Below, one piece after another: positions 1-13,188 of a stretch of 64,000 nt of DNA. The stretch lies in assembly GCA_016748015.1 (NCBI GenBank), contig JAAOMT010000009.1, forward strand, positions 700,459-764,458, given 5' to 3'. Under the pieces are notes generated by a model. That model did no database searches. It was not told the DNA's origin and saw nothing but the letters and a program-made list of their open reading frames with translations. Each line of letters opens with the position of its first letter. The stretch's first letter is position 1. The position numbers and the translations under genes are program-made. The DNA is from Geosiphon pyriformis uo1. Its lineage: Eukaryota > Fungi > Glomeromycota.

Positions 1-155
1 ATTAGTATTTATAAAATTATTTTTATTTTTATTTTTTTTTATTTTTTAATGAATCAAATACTGTCTAGTACAATACATCAAATAATTGATCTAAACTAGG
101 TATGAATCATGTATTTTTTACATATGACCAGCCACTTAAGCCAATCAGAACAACA

Positions 156-3100
156 CTATACACCTATATAAACTAAGACTGAATTTCTAATACCTAAAGA
201 AAACAAACAAGATTTATAAAAACCAAAACTAGCACCAAATGCCTCAGCAATACTAAGCAATTTAGTCATATCATCAAAGAACTTTGACAACAATCCAGAA
301 ACTAAAACTGGAGCCGAATCATTACATAATATAAGCCTATTCTTTTCCATGAATACATGATGTCTAGCACAGACCAACCAAACCTTATTCTTAAAAGCAA
401 AACAGAAGTCATGCACAAAATTTACAATTTTTTAACCCACAATCTTAGAAATCCCAAAGACAAATACAGCCTTCTGAATCCAATCATTAAAGACAAAGCC
501 TTTACAAAAAGCTGTGCATATCACAATATTTAGAGCACAAAAGAACAACAACTGAAACATACATGAAAAAAAATAAAAAAGACCAGAGAGTGTATTCCAA
601 GCAACTACATAAGCATTCAACAAATGACAACAAACAGAATTATCAACCATGCAAAAAAAAGCATGGTCTAAAATCTCAATATTACCATAATACAGATACA
701 ATACACTGGAATAATATTTGTCATATAAGCACTTCTAAACAGCAATTAATAGCTAATAGTGCAAAGCTTTTATAAAGTATGTACAAACACCAGCAGTAGG
801 CCCACTAGTAAAACCAGCAGCCATGTACAAATTGAAATGTCACACTAAAGATAAGCTAAACCAATCAATGTCTGAGAACAAACTATTATTCAAAACCCTA
901 GAACCAGAACCAACTTTTTAATGTGCACAATAAACAGACTGAAAGATTTCACAAACAAAATATTTAGAATTACCAGAAACTACACTACCTTTAACCAAAA
1001 TATAATGTTCCTCCAATTGGGAGAGGGAAAAAAGGTACCAGGAAAAAAAAAGTGGTATCAGCAAGAGCATCAGCACATACATTACCCAAAACACCCAAAT
1101 GACCTTTTACTTTGTACCAGCTAATATCTAATTTTTTTTTTGAACAATATTCACAATATGTTGACACTTAACTCAACAATGATTCCTAAAATCTGAATAC
1201 ACTAAACCCAATTTTGATTTACACACATCCAAAGCAGCTTAACTGTTTATAAAAAGGTGAACCAAACTATAAGATGAAATACACTCAAGAGCCAACACTA
1301 TAACTTACAATTCTGTCAAAGTAAAAAACATCAAACTAGAAATCTTAACACCTAAACCCAAGTTAATGTCCTCAAAAAAAACCACTGCACCAGCTCTTAT
1401 GCTAGGTTTTTCCAAGTTTTTTAAAGATTCATCTGTATAGACAGAAAAATCACTAACATCAACATCTAACAAACAATTACAAATCATCTCAAATTTACAA
1501 AACTTAAGAACATCCAAAGGTCCAAGAACATTCAAAGAAGATATACATATGAGAGAAGAATTCACACCATTGAAAAAATTGATAGAAAGCTTAAACCAAT
1601 TAAAAATTAGACTACATAAGTCCAGTTTTTTTCAATGCTTAAAAGTCTTCTAATTAAAAATAGCTCTATTTTTGCCATAAAGCTGGTCCACAAAAGCAAT
1701 TTTATACCACCAAAGTAAAGAGAAAAACTTAAAAAATCTGGTTTTGCCAAGAATAGTTGACATGGGGGTTCCATTATGAAGACAGAAAGCATTGTTCATA
1801 TAACCACTTAAGAACAAATTGTACTTAAAAAAAATATAAACTACACCTGCCAAAAAATTATTAGAAGTACTGACCCTAATACAAGTTAGAAACACCAAAG
1901 AGTAAAGTGAACACCAAGACAGAACTTGCAAGTTATAAGACCTGTGTGAAAACAAACAACCCAAAATTCCAATAGAGTTTGCAAAACACATAATAGAAGC
2001 AACTTTACTCTTAGTTTGAACTTGCTTAAAAGTTTTTAAACCATATAGTAAAAGATGATAAAGTGCATCATTGGAAAAATTGAGAGACTGATCAAACTTT
2101 GACTTCAAGCCCTTACAAATCAAAGCATTCCACTTATTACACACATCAATAGGAACAAAACTGAATTACATTTTATAGCTTATTATAGGATAGAAAACTG
2201 CCAACACCAAATATGAAAACTGCTTATCAAAAATAGCCTTCTTTAGAACAAAGTTGGCAAAAAACCAGACATCTAAATACGTTTTAGTTAAGCTAGACTT
2301 TGACAAATCCTTAGTAGATAAAAAGATCCTCAAGTAGTAATAAGACTCTCCTTTTTTGGCAATAGAAATAGACAAACCACTGATTGATAAAAAAGAGCAC
2401 TTAACTCTGCAATTAATAAGAATAGCCACCATTTTGTCATTATTAATAGAAATGTTATTGATTCAAAAAAATTTACTAACAATATTAAGAATATGTTGGG
2501 TAGTAATTTGGCTGCTACCAATTCAAATAGTATTATTGACAAAAGCACTAACAACAAGAAAAAACATTAATCTAGTCTAAGATTCTGAATAACCAGTCCT
2601 AACAACAAAATAAGAATTCAATCTATACCCACACACATTTTTCTGTCTTTTGACTTTACACAGAAGAGAATCATAAAATATGCACCAAAGAAGGAGTAAA
2701 AACACCTTTCCCTAATCCAAACCATCATGTATCTGGTATTTATTTGTTAACCCAAAGTTAATTATTACTTTGTTAACACAGCCATTATAAATGCTGCCAA
2801 AAAACTTAATAAACTTGTTACACATTTTTATTCTGACCAGGCTCTTTCTTAGATGTTTTCATCCAACAGAATCATAAGCCTTCTACATGTTCTACAAAAC
2901 TCAGTCAAAGTTTGCAGTTTTTCTTCAAAATATCTTCAATTACCAAACCAATGGCAAAAATAGAAGATTGTGTTATTGTATTCTTTAAAACTGAAAAATT
3001 GTCCTTATAAAGAACATTAAAAGCATCACATGCCAAAAAGATTCTGTCAGAGAGAATTTTGGAGAGTATCTTATAGGCAGTTTCAATTAAAGCAATAGGT

Positions 3101-4846
3101 TAAGTGTTTGTAAGAATGCCTTTCTATTCATAAAGTTTAGGAATTATTAAGACTCAAGCCTCTTTTCAAGCATTAGACACTAATTTACAAAACAGACAAA
3201 AGTTCAAAAGCACCAAAAGCATATCCAAAACAGATTTGTCACAATGTTTTTAGAGCTTATTTAAGATACCAGAAAGACCAGCAGTCTTGTTATTAAGCAA
3301 ATTAGAAACCACATTGAGCAATTTATTAAAACTAATTAAACTTATCATGTTTAAGAAAACATTATTAAAAACATACTCTAATAAATAATACTTACAAGAC
3401 CAATTACCAGAAAAATCCATAATTACTTCATGTTTTCTAGTCCAGCCTTCTATAATCATATTTACTTGGACTTGACCAGATCAGACTTCAGAACCAATTC
3501 ATCATCAACAACCAAATAGTCCAACACCATTTTGTGAAAGGAACATTTCAACACACTTTTAATAATATGATCTTTATTTATTTCAAAATCTTCTATTCTC
3601 TTATTAATTGCTGCTTTAATCTGAGATTTCTTAGCATGTCTCGACTTTAACATCTTAGAAGAGCAATAAAACTTCCTAACCCTAGCCAAAACTAACCTAA
3701 TAGCATCAAAATAAGATTCCAAAAAGAAAAATGATTTTACTTCAGAGGCATAAACAGCATTAAAATGGCCCCACATATTCAGCAATAAAACAAACTCATC
3801 CTGAGAAACCAGACAAGAAACCTTAACAATCTTAGACACCAAAAGTTTTAGTTTGTGAAATCTGGATAACTTCTTAATAAAAATACTGTTATAGCTCTTG
3901 AACTATTTTTTTCTAAAAATCTCTTTAACTAACAAACACATAGTCTTGCAAATAGCATTTTACATTGAGTCCAAATCTGAAAACTTTGTAGTCACAAAAA
4001 ACTTATCAAAAAACATTGCAGCATTCACTACTGTAGCTTTCTTAAACTTGGCTTATTTAACAATATCAATGCTCTTAAAATTAAACTTCCAATGATTCCT
4101 ATTTGCATGTTTGCAAAGGAAGCCTAATTGCACATCCAAAAGTTCACCAGATCTACTAATATAGTAATTGCATAGTGATTAGTATCAAAGTGTTCATTGA
4201 CATTTATAATATTATAATACACTATTGTATTAATCAAATTTGAAGAGACAAATATATAGTTAATTGTTCTTTCAACATCCCTTGAATTTTTTTATGTAAA
4301 ATTCTTAGTGACTAAACTATCTGATAAAAAATTGACCAACTCCAAATCAAGGCACTTTCTGAAACTCACATTCTTCTTAAACTCATTCTTATTAAAATTT
4401 TCATCCAAAACCACAAAACTGCTAGAGTTGATTATCTTAGCTATAAGAAAATTGACCTCTAAAGCCAAATCAAACCTAATCTCAGCAAAAGTGCCAACAT
4501 ATAAATCCAAAATTGTAACTAAAAGCTTGCCTTTAAAGAAAAGCTAAACTGAAATAAGATAACTAAGAATCTCCTTAATTTTAGAAACATAATGAGCCAA
4601 AGAACTGTTTATAATGATAACTACTTCAGCTCTGAAAAAACTCTTATCCAAACCAGAGATAAAAATTTGCATTTCATCAAACTTATTTGTGATTTATGGC
4701 CTAATGCTAAACTTTAACTTTGTTTCTATTAAAATTGAAATCATATTATCAGAATCAAGATACCAGTATACAATATTCTCCTATTTGGCAGAGATGTTAA
4801 TATCACAAACATTATATGTAGCTATCTTCTAGATCAAATCACTTAT
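156..4846 (-). pseudogene. LINE ORF2 pseudogene (AP endonuclease, reverse transcriptase, RNase H, C-terminal Cys/His motif)
   Basis: Fragments FVVLDENFNKN (APE), NKTAGLSGILNKL and RT-region motifs, VYTDESLK (RNase H), EILDHAFFC. Many in-frame stops. Homologous to 56038-60716. Confidence 0.88.
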
Positions 4847-6474
4847 TGAGAAAAGAGGTTTATTAGAAAAACTAAGCCAGCATACAACTAATTCAATTTT
4901 GCCAAAACTGAATTGACTGAAATTTCAAGAACAACTATATTTGACTCCAAACTGTCTACTTTGGTGGTTAGAACTTTAGAACTGCTTGAACTCAATTTTA
5001 TAGTATCAATACTTATAACTAAGGAAAGAAGAATAAGAGAAACTTGTAAACCACTCAAAGCCATATTTATATCCAAATCCATGTTCAAAAATACAACCAC
5101 AGTAGATAAGAGAGATTGTAAAACAGATACCAGAAGCACCAGATCAATCATACTTAACTTTTTCACAATGCTTGAAACCTGATTGGTCAAAAGCTTTAAG
5201 AAATGTTCCAGAGAAGCCAAATAATTACCAATTGACAAAACATTATTAAAAACCAACACTTTTTTTTTTATTTGAAACACCAAAAACAGAAGAATAAAGA
5301 TCAGATTTAAAACCAATATTATTAGGGGATGTAGTAAATAAAACTATCTAAACTCATGTTTTGTTACCAAAAAAAACTGGGCAAGTTACTGAAGTCTGCT
5401 TTTTTTATATATGTTTACCAAACAAACACAATTCTGAAAACTGAAAGTTTTCTTTTCATGGTCACTTAAATTTTTACCAGTTGAACATTTATTAAAAACA
5501 TGACCAAATTGTTAACATTTGACATAATGGGTTAGAGAAAGACCAGCCCAGTACAGATTCACACTCTTAAAAACCAGCAAAAAACCAATGGCACTATTTC
5601 TTGACTCCTTACTATCAAAACAAATGACTGCACATCTATTATAAACATACATAACCAGATTGTAACCAATAATGCAAGTTTTCCCACCATAGAATGCCAA
5701 AAGATCAGAAAGATTATGAGCAGTAATTCTAACTAGCAAAGTATACAACAAAGTCCAATGTTGATTTTTAGATATTCATGTTTGTTTATTATCAACAGCT
5801 TTCATTACATGAACTAAATCTTTTTTCATAAAAACTGACCATTTAGAAACAATTAAATTGGCAACATCCACTGACTCAAATTCTATCAGGGTCTTTTGCC
5901 AAAGACCAATCAGTTGCATCTTAATTAAAGTAATCTTGCCAAAATTGAAAAAAACTGATTCTACAGCCGATTTAGAAAGATCAACTGAAATTGCTTTGAC
6001 AATTACTTTCTGATCTGATTGGCTGTTTACTTTTCTTACCTTATTATTGACCAAAATTTTCTTACCAACAGCCAAATCTCTTGTTTTATTTAAACTAGAT
6101 TCTAAAGTAAAAGATGATCTAATAATTCCTAGAAATTTTGAGAAAGTTGAAGCTCTCCCAAAACCATCAATGCAATAGAAAATTTTTTTCAAATTCAATA
6201 ATTTATCAATATTGGTTTTGCCAGATACAGCAAAAAGCTCAATATTCAATGTAAAAAATTTCATCAAATTAAAACTTTGTTTCTTTGAAACACATAATTC
6301 AGCCAAATAGATATGTTAGAAACTGTCAAACTTAGCCAATAAGAACATTAGAATGTCATTATTATCACTTAAATCCACAAAAGACAGAGCTTTCAGTAAG
6401 TAATCCAAAATGTAAGTCTAAGTATGAGTTTTTTGTGACATCAATTATTAAAGCATTTGAATCTGCATAGCTGG

Positions 6475-7297
6475 TATTACAGATGATTATTTGGGATCTT
6501 AAAGCAAATAACAAATCCATAACTTGGTGCTTAAGTAGTACTCTGGCATAGATATCTAAAAGTTTTATTGATCTGAAGATTTGTTATAGAGTCTTTTATA
6601 TAATAGACAAAGATTTAACAATTGTTTTCAGTAGTCTCCCAGAATTGCAATTCCGTCAAATTTCTTTTTCAGCATAGTGACCAATAATCTTTCTGGTAAA
6701 CTATCCTCAAATCTATAAGTGTTTTACCCTTGTTTTACAGGTTTTTTACCAGTCTCTATGATGTCTGTATCTTAACACTTAATCCTTAATCAATTTTAGT
6801 AAAACAAAAAAATAAAAAAAAAATAAACAAAATTTAAACAAAAGCAATTACAAGTTAATATCTCGTTAATAGCCATGATCAAGAGCTATTGTTCTAGTAT
6901 AGTTAAGTATCAATTACTATCAACATGAAGTATTGATAGTGAGAATAGATTTGAGATAGAGAATAATTATTTATTGATATTTGTAGATAGAAAGGTCATT
7001 TAAATAAAATCTAAACTAAAAGGTCTGTCTTTTTTACTTCTAATGCTACCACTATATATACATAATTTGGGTTCTATGAGATCACTTATATTCTCGAGCA
7101 ATGTACTATAATTTCTCAAGCAATGCTTCCATTGCTTAGCAATGTGCCATATTTTTTTGACATTGCTCCACATTGCTAAGCAATATGCCATAATTTTTGA
7201 TATTGCTCCATATTGTTGAGCAATATGCTCACATGCTAACTACTACTTTCTTATTGGCCTACTATTTTCTATATCTGCTTTCTTTTTATGAGTAATA
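6475..7297 (-). mobile_element. Solo LTR, family A
   Basis: Decayed ends tattaca...gagtaata; 4-bp TSD CTGG on both sides; R/U5 homologous to 10346-11210, 15799-16166 and the reverse complement of 24990-25814. Confidence 0.92.
7092..7232. repeat. U3 array of palindromic ATTGC(N3-4)GCAAT motifs within the solo LTR
   Basis: cattgcttagcaatg, cattgctaagcaata, tattgttgagcaata, plus half-sites ctcgagcaat and ctcaagcaat, lying 5' (minus strand) of the TATA at ~7053-7062. Confidence 0.8.
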
Positions 7298-7739
7298 CTG
7301 GTTTCTTTGGCCATTATATTCTTCATATTTTCAACATTTAATAAGCCACTAATACTACTAACTTTACTGTCAACTTTGCTTCCCAAGACACTACAAGCTT
7401 CTTATCAAATAAACTCATATTCTTAGGCTTTAATGAACCAGCAGATAAGTCAACCACACTAGTATTTGCACCAAGTATTTTTGGTTTCTTATGAGATATA
7501 CTTTAAGAGTATATATTATTTACACATTTCTTTTTAGTATTTAAGCAGATTCCCAAACCAGCCAAGCCTATATCAAAACTATCAACAAAGAAGCCTACTG
7601 GTTTTATCACAATAAAAATAGGTGTATCAGAAGAAATAACTAAAAAATAACAAAAAAGAAAGAAAAAAAGAAGTGCTATTCTTATGATAAAAAAATTTTT
7701 GTTCTTGTTATGGCCAAGAAATTGACAAGAGAAAGATTC

Positions 7740-8448
7740 ACTAGTTTTTTTTAATTTTAATTAGAGATTATTTTTCCAAAAATATAGAAAGTTTGTTTTA
7801 GATTTTTAAGTTAACTGTTGATTTTGGCCAAGGTATTACAAGTATTTTTTAGGTAATTTCATGTATTTAATATTTTTTTAATGTGTTTTCAATCTTATTA
7901 AGCTTGAGCTTTATTTATGCTTTTGTTGGCATATTAGATGTTTTCATTATTATTTTTTTTTAATGAAAAGATAATAGTGGAAGAGAAGTAGTGGTTCTTT
8001 TAATTATTTGTAAAAGACCAAATTATAAAAGTAGAAAGTTTTTAATTCTACTGATCTTAATATTAATAAATATTATAATATAAAGCTTAAATAATCCAAT
8101 TTTTTTACATTTTTTTCATTTTTATTTCATTTAATTAACTTTTTGTTATTTATTATTTTTTTATCTTTGTCTGTCTTTTTTTTAATTAGAAATTTATTGT
8201 ATATATACATATTTTAAGTTATATATAATTGTATTTATTCTAACTGATTAGTAAGTAATTGCTAAACTATTAGGTCTTTTATTTAATTGTAAGTATCTTT
8301 TGGCTTATTTGTTTGTAATCACATTAAATTGAATACGTTTGTGCACATTTTGTACACTATTGTGTGCACATTATGTTTTCTAATTTTATTTATTAATTTG
8401 TGTTATTTATACTATTATTTAATAATTAATTAATATATTATAATAATA
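7740..8448 (-). mobile_element. Probable partial LTR of another family
   Basis: TATA-like tatatatac at ~8200, repeated gtgcaca motifs at 8341-8370, ends in ...taataata like the other decayed LTR ends. No partner copy in the window. Confidence 0.35.
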
Positions 8449-8479
8449 TTATTTTTGATTTTTGTTAATTTCTATCAAG

Positions 8480-9704
8480 TAATATTGTCAAAAAAACTCT
8501 TTTTTAATACATTGAAAATTAAATCAATGATTATCTTTTTAAAAACTACAATATTACAGAAGTTAAAAAAAATTTACTTAAAAACTTAATTTATTATTCA
8601 AATAAAAATTCAGAAACTATTAGTGCTAATGTTTATACTATTTATTTTAAAAAACTTGATTACAACATTATCAAGTTTTGTGAAAAAAAATATCTTGCCA
8701 ATTTACAATTTGTTTTTAAATTCAAGTCTAAATCTAAAATTAATAACAAAAGCAAAAAAATACTGGACCAATTTACACAACTTTTAATATATTAAAAACA
8801 ATATTTAAATACTTATAAATACTTAAACAAAAAACAAATATTAAATTATTACTTTTAATTGCATCTTTTTAGCTTTATTTGTTTAAGCACAGATACCAAA
8901 TTTATTACTTAATTGATTTTCAAAACCAGAAAATTTTACTAAAAGTTTTATTTAATAGCCAAAACTAATTTATATTAATACTAATTTTTTTAATTATTTT
9001 AGCAGAAAACCAAAATATACATTTAAAAACTTTAACCAATAAAAAAACATTTTTAAATTTATTAAAAAAGAAAAAAAACTATAAACAACAAAAAAAATAG
9101 CTACTGTTTACATCATAAAAATTCTTAATATTTTTAAAAAAAACATTAAAACTAATTCTCAAAAGTAATTTAACCAAGTTACCAAAACAAAAAATACAAA
9201 TAAATAGAATACAATAAAAATATTATGAGCAATTCTTTATTTTCTTAAAAAAACTACAAATAAATAATTTGAAAACTTGGCCAACTCTTTGCAGATTGGC
9301 AAGCTTTCAAAACTGTTTTTTTTTAAATAGTTTACAAACAACAATACTTCAATTATTCTCTAAAACTAATTTCAAAATATTAAATAAAAACTATCTAAGT
9401 TTTATATGATTTATATTGAAAAATTCAACAAACTTTTTAGAAAAATTTGTTAATTAAAAACAAATGTTTATTATTTTAATGTTTAAATATTAGATTAATT
9501 TATTATTGAACTCAGAACAAATTTGTCAAGAAAGTTTGACCACATATCTTAACAGATTTAGATATTATTATTTAATATATTAAGAACTATAAAATAACTA
9601 TAAAAGAAGCAAACTGCACAAAATTTGTTAATCTTGTAATTAAAAAAACTAGTTTAACAACAAAAGAGAAAATTAATCAACTTATTAAGAAAATTAAAAC
9701 ATAT
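8480..9704 (+). pseudogene. Gypsy E (family C) gag remnant, heavily AT-shifted
   Basis: Aligns by eye to element C gag: N-terminal domain IVKRTLYQYIENCINNY, capsid start MTTAYIAKIPEF (~9098), and EEANHTKLVNLAI..KEKINQLTKK ending at 9704. Confidence 0.78.
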
Positions 9705-10345
9705 TGTTATGAATTGAAATAACAAGCTAAAAGATAACAAAAAAACAAAATTATATAATAATAAAATTAATCAAAAAGAATTCAACTTTAAGAAGTGAAT
9801 TGAATAAATATAAATTTAATATATAAGATCAGTTTTATAAAATATCTTAGTCTTTAATCTTTCTAAAAAATAACCAAAGAATTTAAAAATAAAAAGATAG
9901 TCTATATTGTTAACAAATAATAACACACTAATATAATTTTATGTTTTATATAACATTTTTAAAATTCAATATTAGATATTAAATATATTTTTTAATTATG
10001 TTTATTTAATAATCTTCAAATATTACAATTATACAGATCAAAAAAGAGTAAGTAAATATTAACAAGTAATTTTTTATCTTAAAATATTTAAATACTTAAA
10101 GATAAGAAATAAAAAAAGAGAAATAAGCAATAAGAAAAAAATCAAGTTAATAGATATTGTTTTATTTTTTTGATTTTTTATATATATTCTTACATACTTT
10201 TTTACAGTTAAAAAACTTATTGTTTATATAGCTATTGAAAGTAGTTAATAATTAAATTAATAATCAAATCAATAATCAGGTCAATAATTAGGTTAATGTT
10301 TAAGTTATTAATTAGATCAATGATCATTATCTAAAAATAAAATAA
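9705..10345 (-). repeat. 3' LTR of B2 (last ~60 bp replaced by element A)
   Basis: Starts tgttatgaattgaaataacaagct as at 24200; breaks at ctaaaaataaa. Confidence 0.88.
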
Positions 10346-11210
10346 TATTACAAATAATTATTTGAGATGTTAAAACAAATAACAAACTTATAATTTAGTG
10401 CTCAATAGTTGTTAATATTGGTAGTTTCTGAAAATTTCAAAGTTTGAAGGTTTTGATTGAGTCTTTTGTATAATGAACAGAAATTTAATTAATGGTTTTC
10501 CTCTATGAATTTTTTTTTTCAGTGTGATAACCAGTTTATTTTGGTAGTTATGCTTTTTTAATAAGCTATTTTTAAATTTTTTACTCTTGTTTTTTGGGTT
10601 TTTTACCAAACTATCCTTGATGTCAATTACTTAATACTTAATTTCTTTAATCAATTAGTAAAACAACAAAAAAAAAATAAAATAAAATAAAATAAAATAA
10701 AATAAAATAAAAAAATAAAAAATAAAAAATAAAAAAATAAATTAGTATTTTGTTAATAGTCATAATTAAGAACTATTAGTCTAATGTAATTAAGTCTCAG
10801 TTTCTATTAACATAGATTGTTAATAGTACAGAAGTAATTAATATTTTTTTAATTAAGTAATTATAATATGAATTGAATAATAATAAATAATTTTATTGAT
10901 ATTGATATGATTTTATTTCAAGTTATAGAAAACTATCTTTTAAAAAGAGGTGTATTAGATAATTACTTATCTCAGACTATAGTTTTGTCTTTTGTTGTGA
11001 ATATTTTTTCTGCTTTTACTACTCTTGCTATATATATATAATTCATGTTATACAAAATTCCTTAAAATTTTTTAATTTTTTTGAAAAGAATTCTGGAATT
11101 TTGGAATTCTGTAATTCTTCAAGAAAAATCCTAAAATTTTTTTTTCTATTATACCTTTTTTTTATTAATTATTTTTCTACTTATTATAATTTTTATTTTT
11201 ATAAATAATA
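10346..11210 (-). repeat. 3' LTR of element A
   Basis: tattaca...aaataata ends; adjacent purine tract (rc aaaaagagagaataa). Confidence 0.88.
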
Positions 11211-11229
11211 TTATTCTCTCTTTTTAATA

Positions 11230-11750
11230 TTGAACTCTCTTTTAAATTAATTCTATCACTTTTTTTTCTAAAATTACTTGAACAATTTTGGTCTGTAATT
11301 TTTCAAATTAGACATTGGTAATTTTTCCTAATTAATTAATAGTTACTGTGTTTATTGTAATATTGTTATGTCAAATATTTATCTTGTTTTATTAATATAC
11401 AAGTTTTAAATATTAAGCTTTTGTTCTAAGTAATAATAGCAAAAGTTTCTAAAAAATTGTTGTGTTTATTATTTTCAATTTTTTTCTATTAACTTCTTAT
11501 ATAATACTATTATGTTTGATGTTTTTAATAACATCTTTATTTTTATTATCACATTATCTACTATGTTTTTAGGCTTTATATGTATTTTTTATTATATTTT
11601 GTATTGAAGTTTTGGTTTTTTTTTTGTGTTCTTGTATTATATAATTTATTAATTGATTATAATTTCCATATTCAGTTTTTGATGTCTAATAAATTAGAAT
11701 AATTGTTGAATTAAAAAATAAATATTGTCTGTAATTTCTATCTTTTTATT
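11230..11750 (-). pseudogene. ORF3 remnant of element A
   Basis: QFFRNFCYYYLEQKLNI*NL and LGKITNV*FEKLQTKI match D ORF3 (KFPINYCYYQLGKHLNIQTL; IG*LTNSQF*EL). Boundaries approximate. Confidence 0.65.
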
Positions 11751-11809
11751 GCTTTTATTGTGTATATTAATTTTTTATATATTGTTTTAATATTTTAATT
11801 TAATGTGTT

Positions 11810-13158
11810 TGTGTTAATAATTATGATTGGTTCTAGATTTTGTGAAATCTCATTTGGTTGAATTAATATTTATTGTACTTCTAGTTGTAAAATATTACTG
11901 ATAGATAATAATACTATATTATAATATGGTTTTAGTTAATTATCATGTATTGTTTTAACTAAGATTTTGTTGTTTTATCTCAATTTATATGTTCTATTTT
12001 TCGAAATTTCTTTAATATAAAATAGACTATTTCATTTAAAATCAAACTTTTTATTTCATTGTTTTTCTGTTTTGTTATGATATAAGAATACTTTGTCTTT
12101 AATTTTGAATTCAGGTGGTTTATCTGGTAATTGGTTATTATGTTGTTTTTTTTGTTTTTTTTATAACTTTTATATATTATTAGCTATTTTTTATCTTTTG
12201 TTCTCTAGAGTTTTTATTAAGTTATATGTTTTTCTTAGCAATGTTTCTTAAAAGTTGGCTTCTGTTATTAGTTTTATTAGATATATATTAATATCTATCT
12301 TAACTAGTAATGTTGTTGTTTTACTATAGATTAATTTAAATAGTATTGCTTATATAGTATCTTGCTTTATTGTTTAATAAGCAAATAATACTAATAATAT
12401 AAACAAATCCTATTTATTTTGGTTTTTTTGGCTGATTTTGGCTATTACTTTACATAATATTCTGTTGAACCTTTTAATTAAGCTATTTATTTGTAGATAA
12501 TATAGTAATAATAATAATCTTTTAACTTTAAATCTTTAACTTAATTCTGTCAATGTTTTGTTTACAAAATAAGTTTCTTGGTCTAATAATAATTCTTTTG
12601 GACATTTATGTTAACAAATCAAATTCTGGTATATGAATTTGGCTACAGATTCTGCATTTGCTCTTTGAATTGCTTTAGCTTTTGGCCATTTTGTAAGATA
12701 ATTTATAATTACTATTATGTATTAATTGCTTTTGCTGGTTATAGTTAGTGGTCTAACTAATTCAATTCCAATCTGATCAAATAGTTGTCCCACTTTAATT
12801 GGTTTTAGTAGCTTACTAAGTTTTGTTCCTTCTCTTTTTTTGATAAACATCACAATTTTGAACATATTAAATAATATTTGGATATATTGATGGCTAATAG
12901 TATCTTTTTCTAGTTTTTTCTATGGTTGCTTCTTTATGAAAGTATTCTGTAGTTGAATCTAAATATATGTTAAACAGTATTGTTTCTTTCTCTGCTTTTA
13001 TAATTACTTTGAGTAGTTGGTCTGAATCTTTTTTGTTTTTTTAATATAGTATATTTTAATTGTTGTTTTATGTAGTTTTGTTTTTTTTGAAATAATTTTT
13101 TCTTGAACTGTTAAGTATTAATATAATATTGAAATTGTTGATATTTTTGTGTATTCAT
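11810..13158 (-). pseudogene. Integrase ORF remnant of element A
   Basis: Starts MNTQKYQQF at ATG 13158; rve core (FDQIGIELVRPL, YLTKWPKAKAI); C-terminal QNLEPIIIIN. Confidence 0.8.
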
Positions 13159-13188
13159 TTTTTGTTATATTTTTGAGTTGAAATGTTT

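Larger units (their letters stand above)
4843..7630 (-). pseudogene. LINE ORF1 pseudogene (RRM-like domains, Cys/His knuckle remnant, coiled coil), split by solo LTR 6475-7297
   Basis: VIVKAISVDLSKSAVESVFFNFGKITLIKMQLIGLWQKTLIEFES matches ORF1 of the other LINE. Removing the LTR rejoins aaagaaaccag|ctatgcagattc, matching aaaaactggctatgctgaatc at ~54400. Start coordinate approximate. Confidence 0.82.
21..7735 (-). mobile_element. Full-length LINE (ORF1 + APE-RT-RNase H ORF2), decayed, interrupted by a solo LTR
   Basis: T-rich tail at 21-47 (poly-A on minus strand). Colinear with the LINE at 53970-60848, including the 5' end (rc ctcttgtcaatttcttggccataacaagaac vs ctcttgtcaatcccctaaccatgacgagagc) and the 3' UTR. 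No clear TSD. Confidence 0.92.

Noticed and set aside
7092-7232. CRISPR-like array of palindromic repeats
   Set aside because: The intervening sequences are themselves repeated, there are no cas genes, and the array lies in an LTR U3 in eukaryotic context.
10665-10740. (AAAAT)n tract as a separate satellite
   Set aside because: It is an expansion of the A-rich tract present at the same position in the other family-A LTRs.
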